A program made the position numbers and the translations under genes. DNA of 36,799 nucleotides, from assembly GCA_964649485.1 (NCBI GenBank), contig CAZYRV010000006.1, forward strand, positions 6,731 to 43,529, written 5' to 3'. The DNA comes from an uncultured Oscillospiraceae bacterium. Lineage in GTDB: Bacteria; Bacillota; Clostridia; Oscillospirales; Ruminococcaceae. The notes under the pieces are model-generated. The model made no database searches and was not told where the DNA came from. It saw nothing but the letters and a program-made list of their open reading frames with translations. Of this stretch, positions 1 through 10,280 are shown piece by piece (the stretch's first letter is position 1; each line of letters starts with the position of its first letter).

Positions 1-48
1 GTTTGCGGCTTTTGGCATACAGTCAAACGGTTTTTTTCTAGGAGAAAT

Positions 49-717
49 ATGAGAAAGCTTAAGGCGGCGCTTGCCGTTTTTGCCGTGTCGGCTTTTGCCG
101 GCTGCAGCCATATAGATTTTGACGGCTATGCCGAGGTCAAGCGTGGTATAACCGCATTTTCAGAGCTTGAGGCGGGGCATATAACCGTTACGGATATGGA
201 AAGCGGCACAGTCGTAAACGATATGGTTTTTAAGGTTGACGACAGGGATTATCTGCTTTACAATCTTACGACAACGCTTGACGGCAAGACATACTTTGAA
301 TATCACAACGGGCGTGAGCTTTTTTACACCGGCGAAAACGGCGAGTGGAAGCTTAAAACGGTTGACGAGGGCTATGCCGGCTATACCCGAAAAAGCCGTC
401 CCCGTCTTGCCTCCGAACAGCTTTTTTACCTGAACGAGGGGGCGATCGCTTCCTCAGAGGTAAGCGGCGGCGACGGGATTACCGTTGTTAAATTCAACTA
501 TGACGTGAAAAAAATCAATGCGGAGGCAAGCGATGAGGCAAGCGCCTTTATCTCCCTTGTCACCGAATACACACTTGACGAAAACGGCGAAATCATAAGC
601 CACCGCCAGACAGCGGAGCTTGAGGACGGCGACGGCGAATACGGCTATGACTATCTTGCCGAGATAGAGCCGCTTTCCGCAGATGAGGTTGTGATTGAAT
701 CGCCGCTTTCTCAATAA
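49..717 (+). CDS. hypothetical lipoprotein
   Basis: ATG at 49 follows a GGAG. The N-terminus MRKLKAALAVFAVSAFAGC is a signal peptide with a lipobox Cys. No family recognised. Confidence 0.7.
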   Translation: MRKLKAALAVFAVSAFAGCSHIDFDGYAEVKRGITAFSELEAGHITVTDMESGTVVNDMVFKVDDRDYLLYNLTTTLDGKTYFEYHNGRELFYTGENGEWKLKTVDEGYAGYTRKSRPRLASEQLFYLNEGAIASSEVSGGDGITVVKFNYDVKKINAEASDEASAFISLVTEYTLDENGEIISHRQTAELEDGDGEYGYDYLAEIEPLSADEVVIESPLSQ

Positions 718-747
718 CGCTTGCGTTTTCGCTGTAAATATCTCTGC

Positions 748-1398
748 TTAAATCAGCTCTTTTTTAAGCTCTGACAAAATCTTTTTTTCCCGCCGTGAAA
801 CCTGAACCTGTGTCATTCCAAGCATTTGCGCAATTTCACTTTGCGTTTTCTCCCCCCAATATCGCAGGATAATAAGCTGTCTGTCGTGCGGCTCAAGCCG
901 TTCGAGCGACTGCTTAAGCGAAAGCAAATCTGTTATTTTTGCTTCGGGTGCGTCAACGGGCAGGTCATATTCGCTTCCGCTTTCATCGTCAACAGTAAGC
1001 GAAAGCGGCGGCAGGCTTACGCCAAGCGCCTCGGAAACCTCCGCCGCACTTATGCCAAGCTCGTCCGCTATTTGTGAAATATGCGGTTCTTCTCCGTTTT
1101 GCTTCATCATCTCATCACGGATTTTCCCAACCTTAAGAGAAAGCTCTTTAAGCGTTCGGCTGACTTTGACTGTTCCGCCGTCACGGAAAAGCCGCCGCAT
1201 TTCCCCCATGATAACCGGAACGGCATAGGTCGAAAACTGAAAGCCCCTGCTTTTGTCAAAATTTCTTGCCGCTTTTATAAGCCCGATACAGCCTGCGCTG
1301 TAAAGCTCTTCATATTCGATTCCACGGCCACGAAAACGGTTCGCAAGCGAATGGACAAGCCCAAGATTGCTTTCGACAAATTCATCAAAATTTTCCAT
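748..1398 (-). CDS. sigF: sporulation sigma factor SigF
   Basis: Third gene of a spoIIAA-spoIIAB-sigF arrangement. Has sigma-70 region 2 (FSTYAVPVIMGEMRR) and a region 4 HTH (SQSEIAQMLGMTQVQVSRREKK). Its start overlaps the spoIIAB stop. Confidence 0.9.
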   Translation of the reverse strand: MENFDEFVESNLGLVHSLANRFRGRGIEYEELYSAGCIGLIKAARNFDKSRGFQFSTYAVPVIMGEMRRLFRDGGTVKVSRTLKELSLKVGKIRDEMMKQNGEEPHISQIADELGISAAEVSEALGVSLPPLSLTVDDESGSEYDLPVDAPEAKITDLLSLKQSLERLEPHDRQLIILRYWGEKTQSEIAQMLGMTQVQVSRREKKILSELKKELI

Positions 1399-1829
1399 TA
1401 TCTCGTTTGGAGAACCTTGACCATTGTGACGGTTGTGCCTTTTCCAACCCTGCTTGTTACACGCAGAGAATCCATAAAGCTTTCCATCACGCTAAAGCCA
1501 AGTCCCGCGCGCTCCTCCTCAGGCGACGTCGTGAACAAGGGCTGGAGTGCCTGCTTGATATCTTCGATTCCGACACCCTTGTCCTTTATTCTTATGTAAA
1601 GCCGCCCTTTTGAGAGAATTTTTGCCGTTATTTCAATTTCGCCGACTGTGCTCGGATATGCGTGGACAATACAGTTCGTAACCGCCTCCGAAACGGCGGT
1701 TTTTATATCGCTTATTTCCTCGATTGTCGGGTCAAGCTGCGCCGCAAAAGCCGCAACAGACACCCTCGCAAAGCTTTCATTTTGCGAGCGGCTTGGCAAT
1801 GCAAGCCGCATTTGGTTTAAAACCTCCAT
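1398..1829 (-). CDS. spoIIAB: anti-sigma F factor / serine kinase SpoIIAB
   Basis: GHKL kinase motifs are present (EAVTNCIVHAY, IKDKGVGI, GLGF). The chosen start is ATG 1829 (MEVLNQ...), which has AGGAGG just upstream. The ORF-track start at 1904 has no SD. Confidence 0.9.
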   Translation of the reverse strand: MEVLNQMRLALPSRSQNESFARVSVAAFAAQLDPTIEEISDIKTAVSEAVTNCIVHAYPSTVGEIEITAKILSKGRLYIRIKDKGVGIEDIKQALQPLFTTSPEEERAGLGFSVMESFMDSLRVTSRVGKGTTVTMVKVLQTR

Positions 1830-1915
1830 TTGTTTCCTCCTGTATTTTATGTGTACCCGCCCTCGAACAGGCTTGTACGCTTTAATGCAATAACAGCGCA
1901 GCAAACAAGCGCTTG

Positions 1916-2227
1916 CTATGCCTGCGAAATAAGCTTTGATATTCCCGCAAGCTCCAGTATCTTTTTAATGTTGCTTTTTGCATTTTTAACTAAAATCCGC
2001 CCGCCGTAAGCGCTTACCGCACGATAGCGCCCCAGAATCAGGCCTATGCCGCTGCTGTCCATAAAGCTTACCCCGCCGAAATCAAGAATAAGCAAATCGG
2101 GACGGCTTTCGGCGATAAGCGTGTCAAGCTCTTCCCGAATCAAAGAGGCTCGGTGATGGTCGATTTCGCCCTTGATTCTGGCGCAGATGCTTTCGCCCTC
2201 ATTCACAATTTCAATTCCCGTGTTCAT
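1916..2227 (-). CDS. spoIIAA: anti-sigma F factor antagonist SpoIIAA (STAS domain)
   Basis: STAS motif DFGGVSFMDSSGIGLILG. The chosen start is ATG 2227 (MNTGIEIV...), preceded by GGAGG. The longer ORF-track start at 2260 was not used. Confidence 0.9.
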   Translation of the reverse strand: MNTGIEIVNEGESICARIKGEIDHHRASLIREELDTLIAESRPDLLILDFGGVSFMDSSGIGLILGRYRAVSAYGGRILVKNAKSNIKKILELAGISKLISQA

Positions 2228-2236
2228 TTTTACCTC

Positions 2237-2274
2237 CAAAAAAATAAAACCTGCTTTCATAATGATAGCAGGTT
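2237..2274 (-). terminator. rho-independent terminator downstream of the 2385-3827 gene, abutting the spoIIAA SD
   Basis: On the minus strand the stem is AACCTGCT/AGCAGGTT (2248-2255 with 2267-2274) with an 11-nt loop. It is followed by TTTTATTTTTTT. Confidence 0.55.
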
Positions 2275-2384
2275 ATATTTGAAATTTATGTCATATTGTG
2301 TTGGCGCTGAAAATTTATTTGCTTGCGCAATGATTAGGCTTCATCGCCAAAGAAATTTCTGGTATTTGTGCGGTGATGCCATTA

Positions 2385-3827
2385 TTATTTCACCCCGAAA
2401 AGCCCGTTTAGCGCATCGACGAATCTTCCCAGCTCTGCAAAGGAAAAGGTCAGGCTTCCGTCAACCTTGCTTTCATCGGGAAGCGAAAACATCTCGCCGT
2501 CCTCTGAATAAATCAGAATTTCAGCGGTTGCATAAGGGCTTGTAAGGCTTATCGCCTGCCTGTTTTCGTTGTTTGAGAGGACAAAAACCGCCTCGTCGTC
2601 AAAGCTGTTTTTTAATGTATCGGTGTATTCGGTTTTGCGGTCAAGGTCAAGCGTTCCCGCAAAAATTCCCGCCTCGTCAGCAGATAAATCGGTGTAATTT
2701 AAAGCATAGGTGCTTGTTTGGCTTTCATCGGAAACCAAAACCGTGCAAGTGCCTGTGTTTTTCCCGTCAACGGCGGTGTTTTCAAGAGTAACAGAGGTTG
2801 TTGCGCCGTCGGCTGTATAAGAAAAATCAAGCTTAATGCTGTTTTCGCCCGAAAGCTCAAAGCCCGCCAGAGCGCTTTCGCCGCCGTCACGGGAAAGCGA
2901 AAAAGTCCTGTTTGTAATAATCCCCTTGTTATAATATGTCGTCATGCTGAGCCTTGCGGGCTTGTCGGCAAGCTCTGACTTAAGCTCGGCGATAAAATCA
3001 TTCATTTCCGCCGCCTTTATGCCTAAAAGCGCAACGGCGCTGTCACTGCTTCCGACGGCGCTTAAAACCGTATCCAAAAACGCAACGGTTTTTTCCTCGT
3101 CAAGCTCCATCTCGACAATGTTTCTGATTTCATCGCCGTCCTTGCCGCTTACTTTTTTATTTTTGGTAAGGCTTATATCTTCGGCATATTCGGCAAATGA
3201 CGCCGTCCATATCTCGATAATAGCATCATAACCCGCCTCTGCCTCCTCCTCGGAAACAAAGCTTGGCTTAAACGACGGAAAAGAAATTCCGCTTCCCGTG
3301 GCAAGCACGTATTTGTCAATTATATCGTTAAAATTTATGTACAAGGCGGAATTTTTGCCGTCGGGCGCAATGAAAAATTCAGCCGCAAGCTTTCCCGTCG
3401 CAGACGAAAGGTTTACGTCGCTTTTAAGAATGTCGTTTTGCGTGGCTGATTTAACGTTTATCTTATAATCAGTCGTTTTTATCTTTGATTTTGTGGAATT
3501 AATAATAGATAAAAGCTCTGATTTAAGCAAAACATCAGCATCAAAAACAGCATATTTTATCTTGCCCTCTTCTGTTTCCACGGCGGTAAGGCTTTCCGAA
3601 ACAGACTTATATTTCCCGAGAAAAACCGTTTTGAAAGCGGAAGCGTTTTTCTCCTCGGTTTTCGCCAGATATTCAGCGGGAGAAAGACTGTTTATGAGAT
3701 AATCATCGCTTTGAGAATGCGCAAGCCAAAGGATTATTCCTATGACGGCGGCGACTCCCAAAACCGCAATTGCTATTAAAAGACCGCCCGCCTTGTGCTT
3801 TGCGGGGCTTATTTGTCCTTTTGCCAT
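2385..3827 (-). CDS. hypothetical membrane-anchored protein (480 aa)
   Basis: Start ATG 3827 (MAKGQISPAKHK...) follows GGAGGG. One N-terminal TM helix (GLLIAIAVLGVAAVIGIILWL) precedes a large Ser/Thr/Asp-rich domain. No family recognised. The ORF-track N-terminal extension to 3977 covers the promoter, so I rejected it. Confidence 0.7.
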   Translation of the reverse strand: MAKGQISPAKHKAGGLLIAIAVLGVAAVIGIILWLAHSQSDDYLINSLSPAEYLAKTEEKNASAFKTVFLGKYKSVSESLTAVETEEGKIKYAVFDADVLLKSELLSIINSTKSKIKTTDYKINVKSATQNDILKSDVNLSSATGKLAAEFFIAPDGKNSALYINFNDIIDKYVLATGSGISFPSFKPSFVSEEEAEAGYDAIIEIWTASFAEYAEDISLTKNKKVSGKDGDEIRNIVEMELDEEKTVAFLDTVLSAVGSSDSAVALLGIKAAEMNDFIAELKSELADKPARLSMTTYYNKGIITNRTFSLSRDGGESALAGFELSGENSIKLDFSYTADGATTSVTLENTAVDGKNTGTCTVLVSDESQTSTYALNYTDLSADEAGIFAGTLDLDRKTEYTDTLKNSFDDEAVFVLSNNENRQAISLTSPYATAEILIYSEDGEMFSLPDESKVDGSLTFSFAELGRFVDALNGLFGVK

Positions 3828-3915
3828 TTTGCCCTCCGTGAAAATAAAATTTTGTTTTGACGGATAACCGATAATGCGGCAAAACCCGCTTTTGCCGTGG
3901 ATTTTCACGATTGTA

Positions 3916-3944
3916 ATTATAGCATTAATTCCTTCTCTTGTCAA
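3916..3944 (-). promoter_or_regulatory. sigma-A-type promoter for the 2385-3827 gene
   Basis: Minus strand reads TTGACA (3944-3939), a 17-nt spacer, then TGcTATAAT (-10 at 3921-3916). Confidence 0.55.
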
Positions 3945-4135
3945 TCGGAAACCCGCTGCCTTGAGGATATTCCACACTTCACGAGCTTTTTTATGAAAAT
4001 TTCGCTAAACACTAGAAATTGCAATGTTTTTGTGCTATAATAATCATAAGTGTTTCATGCGCATGGTTATTCAACGCAGACAAAAGCCGCTTTTAAAACG
4101 CAAAACGGCTTATCACGACAAACGGAGGAACAGAC

Positions 4136-5803
4136 TTGCTCACTGATATAGAAATTGCACAGCAGACGAAAATGAAAAAAATCGGCGAAATTGCCGCCGG
4201 ACTTGGAATCCGAGAGGACGAAACAGAGCCTTACGGGCATTATAAGGCAAAGCTTAACCAGAAATTATTCGACAGGCTTGCGGATAAAAATGACGGCAGG
4301 CTTGTTCTTGTGACGGCGATAAATCCGACACCCGCAGGCGAGGGAAAAACCACGACAAGCGCAGGGCTTGCACAGGCTATGCACAAAATAGGGAAAAACG
4401 CTGTTTTGGCGCTTAGAGAGCCGTCGCTTGGCCCTGTATTCGGGATTAAAGGCGGTGCGGCGGGCGGCGGCTATGCACAAGTCGTGCCTATGGAGGACAT
4501 AAACCTGCATTTCACAGGCGATATGCACGCAATCACCTCCGCAAACAACCTCCTTTCCGCAATCATCGACAACCATATCCATCAAGGCAACAGCCTGAAT
4601 ATAGACGTTCGGCGGATATTGTTCAAGCGCTGTCTTGACATGAACGACCGTGCGCTTAGAAACGTCGTCATAGGGCTTGGCGCAAAGGTTGACGGCGTGC
4701 CGAGAGAGGACCATTTTCAGATTACAGTCGCAAGCGAAATCATGGCGACCTTATGCCTTTCCGACGACCTTGACGACCTTAAAAAGCGGCTTGGAAGAAT
4801 CCTTGTCGCCTATACAAACGACGGCGAGCCTGTTTTTGCAAAGCAACTCGGCGCTGTGGGGGCAATGACGGCGCTTCTGCGTGACGCAATCAATCCGAAT
4901 CTTGTCCAAACCCTCGAAAACACCCCCGCAATAATCCACGGCGGCCCTTTCGCAAACATTGCCCACGGCTGTAACAGTGTGCGTGCGACAAAGCTTGCGC
5001 TGAAGCTTGGCGATTATGCGATAACGGAAGCGGGCTTTGGCTCTGACCTTGGTGCGGAGAAGTTTTTCGATATAAAATGCCGCTATGCGGGGCTTAAGCC
5101 GTCCTGCGTTGTTCTGGTGGCAACCGTCCGTGCGCTTAAATACAACGGCGGAGTCGCCAAAGCCGACCTCGGCAGGGAAAATATTTTGGCGCTTGAATCG
5201 GGGCTTTCAAACCTTGAGGCGCATATCGAAAGCATGGCGAAATACGGTGCGCCTGTTGTTGTGGCGATAAACCGTTTTGCCGCCGACACCGACGCAGAGC
5301 TTGGAATGATTGAGGATAAATGCACGGCTTTAGGCGCTGATTTTGCGCTTTCAGAGGTTTTCGCAAAGGGCGGAAACGGCGGAATCGAGCTTGCGGAAAA
5401 GGTTGTCGCCGCTTGCGAAAGGCCGTCCGAATTTAAGCTTCTTTATGACGAAAACGCAACAATTCCCGAAAAGATAAACACTATTGTAAGGGAAATATAC
5501 GGCGGCGACGGAGCGGAATTTTCCGCAAAAGCGAAAAAATCCATTGCCGAAATTGAAAAGCTCGGGCTTGACAAGCTTCCTGTCTGCATGGCGAAAACAC
5601 AATACAGCCTTTCCGACAACCCTGCGCTTTTAGGCAGACCAAAGGGCTTTAAAATATCCGTAAGCGACGTCGCCCTATCAAACGGCGCAGGCTTTGCGGT
5701 GGTTTACACAGGCGACATAATGACCTTGCCGGGGCTTCCGAAAAAGCCGTCGGCAGAGCTTATTGACGTTGACGAAAACGGGAATATTACGGGACTTTTC
5801 TGA
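4136..5803 (+). CDS. fhs: formate--tetrahydrofolate ligase
   Basis: Full-length match to the FTHFS pattern (TDIEIAQ..., [28 protein letters not shown]). TTG start at 4136 lies 7 nt after GGAGG (4124-4128). Confidence 0.95.
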   Translation: MLTDIEIAQQTKMKKIGEIAAGLGIREDETEPYGHYKAKLNQKLFDRLADKNDGRLVLVTAINPTPAGEGKTTTSAGLAQAMHKIGKNAVLALREPSLGPVFGIKGGAAGGGYAQVVPMEDINLHFTGDMHAITSANNLLSAIIDNHIHQGNSLNIDVRRILFKRCLDMNDRALRNVVIGLGAKVDGVPREDHFQITVASEIMATLCLSDDLDDLKKRLGRILVAYTNDGEPVFAKQLGAVGAMTALLRDAINPNLVQTLENTPAIIHGGPFANIAHGCNSVRATKLALKLGDYAITEAGFGSDLGAEKFFDIKCRYAGLKPSCVVLVATVRALKYNGGVAKADLGRENILALESGLSNLEAHIESMAKYGAPVVVAINRFAADTDAELGMIEDKCTALGADFALSEVFAKGGNGGIELAEKVVAACERPSEFKLLYDENATIPEKINTIVREIYGGDGAEFSAKAKKSIAEIEKLGLDKLPVCMAKTQYSLSDNPALLGRPKGFKISVSDVALSNGAGFAVVYTGDIMTLPGLPKKPSAELIDVDENGNITGLF

Positions 5804-6222
5804 TGATATACAAAACAAATTCGGTTGATGAAACAGCGGAAATTGCGGCAAGGCTTGCGCCGCTTCTCAAGGACGGCGACGGAATCCTTTTTACAGGCGA
5901 AATGGGGGCGGGCAAAACCGCCTTTGTGCGGGGGCTTGCGGCGGCAATGGGCATAACAGACCATGTGTCAAGCCCGACCTTTGCACTTGTAAACGAATAT
6001 GGCGGGCGGCTTTTCCACTTTGACCTTTTCAGAATTAATAATGCCGACGATTTATACGCAATCGGCTTTTACGACTATCTTGACAGAGGCGGGATTTTCG
6101 CCGTCGAATGGAGCGAAAACGCTCCTGAAATTGCAGAAGAATTTGCCCGCACAATCAGAATTGACATTGAAAAAACAGGCGATTCACGCATAATCAGCAT
6201 AAGCGGATTGGAGGGAATATAA
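5803..6222 (+). CDS. tsaE: tRNA t6A biosynthesis ATPase TsaE
   Basis: 139 aa with P-loop GEMGAGKT and the SPTFALVNEY motif. The start overlaps the fhs stop (TGATG). Confidence 0.85.
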   Translation: MIYKTNSVDETAEIAARLAPLLKDGDGILFTGEMGAGKTAFVRGLAAAMGITDHVSSPTFALVNEYGGRLFHFDLFRINNADDLYAIGFYDYLDRGGIFAVEWSENAPEIAEEFARTIRIDIEKTGDSRIISISGLEGI

Positions 6223-6932
6223 TGCTTGTTTTAGGGATAGAAAGCTCGGCGGTCGCCGCCTCCTGCGCCGTCTGCGACATGGGAGAAAGCTTTAAAATAA
6301 TTGCGCAGAGCACGATAAACACAAGCCATACCCACTCGCAGACGCTTTTGTCTATGATTGAGAATATGCTCGAGGTTGCGGGCTTGGGCTTTGACGATAT
6401 TGACAGGCTTGCGGTTGCAAACGGGCCGGGAAGCTTCACAGGGATAAGAATAGGCGTTTCCACAGTAAAAGGGCTTGCCTATGCGCAAAACAAGCCTTGT
6501 GTCGGCGTTTCGGCGCTTGAGGCGCTTGCAATGAATCTGCTTGGCTTTGACGGAATTGTCTGCCCTGTGATGGACGCAAGGCGAAATCAGGTCTATAATG
6601 CGCTTTTTTCCGCTGAAAACGGCGCTGTTACACGGCTTTGCGGCGACAGGGCAATAAGCGTTGACGAGCTTGGAAGCGAGCTTTCCGCTTATAATAAAAA
6701 AATATGGCTTTGCGGCGACGGCGCAATAATGACAAAGGCAAGGCTTAAAAATGACAATGCTTTTGCCGCCCCGCCGTTATTATTGATTCAATCGGCGGTT
6801 TCGGTCTGCCTTGCGGCAATGGGCAAGCAGGCTGTTTCGGCAAGAGAACTTATGCCGCTTTATCTGCGGCTTTCACAGGCGGAAAGAGAGAGAATTGAAA
6901 GGCAGGAAAAACATGATAGCAATAGGATCTGA
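6222..6932 (+). CDS. tsaB: tRNA t6A biosynthesis protein TsaB
   Basis: YeaZ/TsaB-like N-terminus (MLVLGIESS...) with GPGSFTGIRIG. The start overlaps the tsaE stop (TAATG). Confidence 0.85.
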   Translation: MLVLGIESSAVAASCAVCDMGESFKIIAQSTINTSHTHSQTLLSMIENMLEVAGLGFDDIDRLAVANGPGSFTGIRIGVSTVKGLAYAQNKPCVGVSALEALAMNLLGFDGIVCPVMDARRNQVYNALFSAENGAVTRLCGDRAISVDELGSELSAYNKKIWLCGDGAIMTKARLKNDNAFAAPPLLLIQSAVSVCLAAMGKQAVSARELMPLYLRLSQAERERIERQEKHDSNRI

Positions 6933-7353
6933 CCACGCAAGCGTTTTGCTTCGTGACGAAATCAAAAAGCACCTCGACGAAATCGGCGTTGAATATGTTG
7001 ATTTAAGCGACAAGGGCGACGGAACGGACTATCCCGACATTGCAAAGGTTGTATGCAAGAGGGTTTTGGACGGCGGCGCAAAATACGGAATTCTTCTTTG
7101 CGGCACGGGAATAGGCATTTCTATTTCCGCAAACAAAATCAAAGGAATCCGTGCGGCGCTTTGCGGAGATTATTATTCCGCAAAATATACACGGCTTCAC
7201 AATGACGCAAACGTCCTCTGCATGGGCGGCAGAGTCACGGGAGTCGGCCCGGCGATTGAAATGGTTGACGTTTTTCTGAATACTGAATTTGAGGGCGGAC
7301 GTCATGCAAACAGAATAAATAAAATCAAACTTTTGGAGGACGAAAATGGCTAA
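6913..7353 (+). CDS. rpiB: ribose-5-phosphate isomerase B
   Basis: [10 protein letters not shown]..., [25 protein letters not shown] 6913 was chosen. The ORF-track start at 6811 lies inside tsaB. Confidence 0.9.
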   Translation: MIAIGSDHASVLLRDEIKKHLDEIGVEYVDLSDKGDGTDYPDIAKVVCKRVLDGGAKYGILLCGTGIGISISANKIKGIRAALCGDYYSAKYTRLHNDANVLCMGGRVTGVGPAIEMVDVFLNTEFEGGRHANRINKIKLLEDENG

Positions 7354-7987
7354 TACAAACAAGCTTCACCTTTGCGAGCACCCGCTCGTCCAGCACAAAA
7401 TCTCACTTTTAAGGGATAAAAACACAGGCTCTAAGGAGTTTAGAGAGCTTGTCGGCGAGGTCGCAATGCTTATGTGCTATGAGGCGACACGTGACTGGAC
7501 GACAAAAGAGGTCACAATCGAAACGCCCCTTGCTTTGGCGAAAACAAAGGTTTTGTCGGGAAGAAAGCTTGCTTTTGTGCCGATTCTGCGTGCAGGGCTT
7601 GGCATGGTTGACGGTGCGGTTGCGCTTGTTCCCGCCGCAAAAATCGGCCATATCGGAATATACCGTGACAAGGAAAACGGCGTCCACGCAAATGAATATT
7701 ATTCAAAGCTTCCCCACGACATCGCCGACAGAGAGGTCATTATTCTCGACCCGATGCTTGCGACTGCGGTTACGGCAATCAAGGCGGTTCAGCTTATCAA
7801 GGAAAGCGGCGCAAAATCAATCAAGTTTATGTGCATTCTTTCCTGCCCCGAGGGAATCAAGGCGCTTACCGATGCGCACCCCGACATCGACATCTATTGC
7901 GGAGCAATGGACGACGGCTTAAACGAGGATTTCTATATTATTCCCGGATTCGGCGATGCGGGCTACAGGATTTTCGGCACGAAATAA
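7346..7987 (+). CDS. upp: uracil phosphoribosyltransferase
   Basis: Typical Upp sequence ([42 protein letters not shown]). Confidence 0.95.
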   Translation: MANTNKLHLCEHPLVQHKISLLRDKNTGSKEFRELVGEVAMLMCYEATRDWTTKEVTIETPLALAKTKVLSGRKLAFVPILRAGLGMVDGAVALVPAAKIGHIGIYRDKENGVHANEYYSKLPHDIADREVIILDPMLATAVTAIKAVQLIKESGAKSIKFMCILSCPEGIKALTDAHPDIDIYCGAMDDGLNEDFYIIPGFGDAGYRIFGTK

Positions 7988-8062
7988 CGTCTTTTAGTCA
8001 CAACCGCAAGCTTTGTGCGGTGACGCATTTAATAAAATCAAAAAACAGCTAGGAGGTTTACA

Positions 8063-8917
8063 GTGGACGGAGGAAACAAAAGAGGTTTTAATTTCTCGCC
8101 GGCGTCAATCGCCGTGAATATCACAACTGCGCTGGTTATAATAATCGTGTGCGCCCTTGCCTTTGATTTTGCCGCAAGGAACGCTCCTTCCGCAGAAAGC
8201 ACCTCGGCGCCTGTCAAAGTAACATCGGACAAGGAAAAAAACACCAAAAAAACAAAAGAAGAGCCAAGCTCTCCCGCCGAAAAAACCACCGAAGCGGAAA
8301 CCACAATAAACGCAGTGGAAATTCCGCTTGACTTCCCCGAATATTCGGAGGATTTCTTCAGCAGCGATTTGTTCACAGGCGATGCAATTATTTCAGGCTT
8401 CGAAGCCTATGCAAAGCTTCCTTCTGAAAATATTTTCGCCGACGCCTATTACAATCACGGAAATGTTTTGACGTCAACCGTTGACGATACCGGAAAATAT
8501 CTTTGGGATTATGCCGCAGAGAAAAAGCCCGCTATTATTTACTTCATGCTCGGGCTTAATTCTGTTTCCACAATGTCAAACGAGGAGATGACGGCGGCGG
8601 CAAGCGAGGTTGTTGATAAATTCCGTGAGTCAAGCCCCGAAAGCAAGGTTGTGCTTTTGTCAATGACGCCTATTTCCGAAAGCAACACGCTTGTTGACGC
8701 AGGCGTTGACAACAAGCGGATTCAAAGCTATAACAAGGACTTGCAGGCGCTTGCAAAGGAAAAGGGCTGTTCGTATCTCGATTTATACCCGCTTTTGGCG
8801 GAAAACGGCACTCTTAAGGACGACTATGATGCGGGAACGGGATACAGCATTTCGGGCAAGGGTTACAGCGACATTCTCGGCTATATCCAAGCCGCCGTCA
8901 AGGCGGGCGCAATCTGA
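8063..8917 (+). CDS. membrane-anchored SGNH/GDSL-like protein that appears catalytically degenerate
   Basis: GTG start lies 6 nt after AGGAGG. An N-terminal TM helix and a Lys/Glu/Thr linker precede a domain alignable to the next gene. Block I reads GDA (8378-8386) instead of GDS, and the block V DxxH is absent. Confidence 0.65.
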   Translation: MDGGNKRGFNFSPASIAVNITTALVIIIVCALAFDFAARNAPSAESTSAPVKVTSDKEKNTKKTKEEPSSPAEKTTEAETTINAVEIPLDFPEYSEDFFSSDLFTGDAIISGFEAYAKLPSENIFADAYYNHGNVLTSTVDDTGKYLWDYAAEKKPAIIYFMLGLNSVSTMSNEEMTAAASEVVDKFRESSPESKVVLLSMTPISESNTLVDAGVDNKRIQSYNKDLQALAKEKGCSYLDLYPLLAENGTLKDDYDAGTGYSISGKGYSDILGYIQAAVKAGAI

Positions 8918-8974
8918 TCAATACGAATGAAAAGGGTCAAGCTTGATTGCTTTTCCCATTATAGAAGGTAGAAT

Positions 8975-9799
8975 ATGAAGAAGGAAAAACGGCTTTTTGC
9001 GTTTATTCTTGCGGCGGCAATGGTTTTTTCCGCCTGTGACGATAAAAGCACAAGCAGCACCCCCGAAAGCGTTTTCACTACGACAATTTCGGAAACGGTT
9101 TCGACAGAGGGAAAATCAAAGCCAAGCAGCATGACAAAGGTCAAGACAACACCGCCGGAAATTGACGTTCCCGACGAAACAAGCACTCAAACAGCGGAGG
9201 AAACTGATTCGTCAAGCATAACCGTCCCCGACTATAATAAAAGCGATTTTGCCGACGATCTTTTTATCGGCGACAGCATTTCTACGGGGCTTTCGCTTTA
9301 CGGCTTGCTCGACAGCGATAATGTTTTTGCAAAGCAGGGCTTAAACCCTGATTCGATTCATGACACTGCGGTCGAAACGTCACTCGGCGAGCTTACGGCG
9401 GCACAGTATGCCAAAGAGCGCCAGCCAGAGCGGATTTTTATCATGCTTGGCTCGAACGGGATTGCTTTCATGAGCGACAGCGGAATGATTGACGGCATAG
9501 ACACGCTTGTAAAGGATTTACAGAAGAATACGACGGCGAAAATTTTCCTTATTTCTATAACGCCGGTCGGAAAAGATGCGGCGGTTATTGAGGACGGACT
9601 CACAAACGACCGTGTAAATGCCTATAACAAAGAGCTTAAGACTTATGCCGAGGAAAACGGCTTGACTTATGTCGATTTAAACAGCAGACTTTTGGATTCT
9701 GACGGCAATTTTGACGCCGAGCTTGCTGAAAACGACGGGCTTCACTTTAAGCTTGACTCGTATAAAATCATGCTTGGCTTACTTGAGGAGGTTGGATAA
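8975..9799 (+). CDS. SGNH/GDSL hydrolase-family lipoprotein
   Basis: Lipobox MVFSAC. Block I is GDSISTG (GDS at 9269-9277), block III is GSNG, and block V is DGLH (9734-9745). Confidence 0.75.
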   Translation: MKKEKRLFAFILAAAMVFSACDDKSTSSTPESVFTTTISETVSTEGKSKPSSMTKVKTTPPEIDVPDETSTQTAEETDSSSITVPDYNKSDFADDLFIGDSISTGLSLYGLLDSDNVFAKQGLNPDSIHDTAVETSLGELTAAQYAKERQPERIFIMLGSNGIAFMSDSGMIDGIDTLVKDLQKNTTAKIFLISITPVGKDAAVIEDGLTNDRVNAYNKELKTYAEENGLTYVDLNSRLLDSDGNFDAELAENDGLHFKLDSYKIMLGLLEEVG

Positions 9800-9801
9800 A
9801 A

Positions 9802-10269
9802 ATGAAGAAAAAAATAATTGCGGCGGCGGCAGCTCTTGCGGCTGTTATGGGCTTTTCCGCCTGCAGCGATAAAGAGGCTACACCCGAAATTTCCGCTGAT
9901 GATTTAAGCGCAAAAATAATGGAAGCAGTCGAATTTCCCGATATGGCGGAAATAGAAAGCGACAGGCTTGACGATTTCTACGATATAGATTCGGAAAATA
10001 TCGAGGAAATGTCGTTTTACATCTGCGGCTCCGGCGCTTATCCCGACGAGCTTACTGTTTTCAAAATGAAAACAGAAGAAGAAGCAAAAACGGTTGCAGA
10101 GCTTTTTAAGGCACGCAAGGAAAAGCAGACCGAAGCCTTCAAGGACTATACCCCGAAGGAAATGTACAAATTTGACGATGCGCTTATTGGCAATAAGGGG
10201 CGGCTTGTTTATTATGTCGTAAGCGCCGACAATGCCGAAGCGAAAAAGATTATAAACGACAGTAAATAA
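9802..10269 (+). CDS. small lipoprotein, DUF4358-like
   Basis: Lipobox MGFSAC. Size and composition resemble the DUF4358 lipoproteins of Firmicutes. That assignment is from memory and unverified. Confidence 0.6.
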   Translation: MKKKIIAAAAALAAVMGFSACSDKEATPEISADDLSAKIMEAVEFPDMAEIESDRLDDFYDIDSENIEEMSFYICGSGAYPDELTVFKMKTEEEAKTVAELFKARKEKQTEAFKDYTPKEMYKFDDALIGNKGRLVYYVVSADNAEAKKIINDSK

Positions 10270-10280
10270 CGGAGAAAAAT

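Noticed and set aside
2275-2384. A candidate sigma-H promoter (AGAAATTT...GAAG) for spoIIA.
   Set aside because: The -35-like to -10-like spacing is about 3-4 nt too short and the -10 reads GAAG rather than GAAT. No Spo0A box is present. The match is too weak to annotate.
4042-4135. A riboswitch, T-box or other leader element upstream of fhs.
   Set aside because: The leader is about 90 nt and holds one generic hairpin (AAGCCG...CGGCTT). It has no T-box specifier or antiterminator and no motif I recognise. The promoter is also only moderate (TAGAAA-17-TGcTATAAT).
7990-8030. A hairpin after upp (GTCACAACCGCA...TGCGGTGAC) as a terminator.
   Set aside because: The stem is reasonable but is followed by GCATTTAATAAAA rather than a T-run, so it is not annotated.
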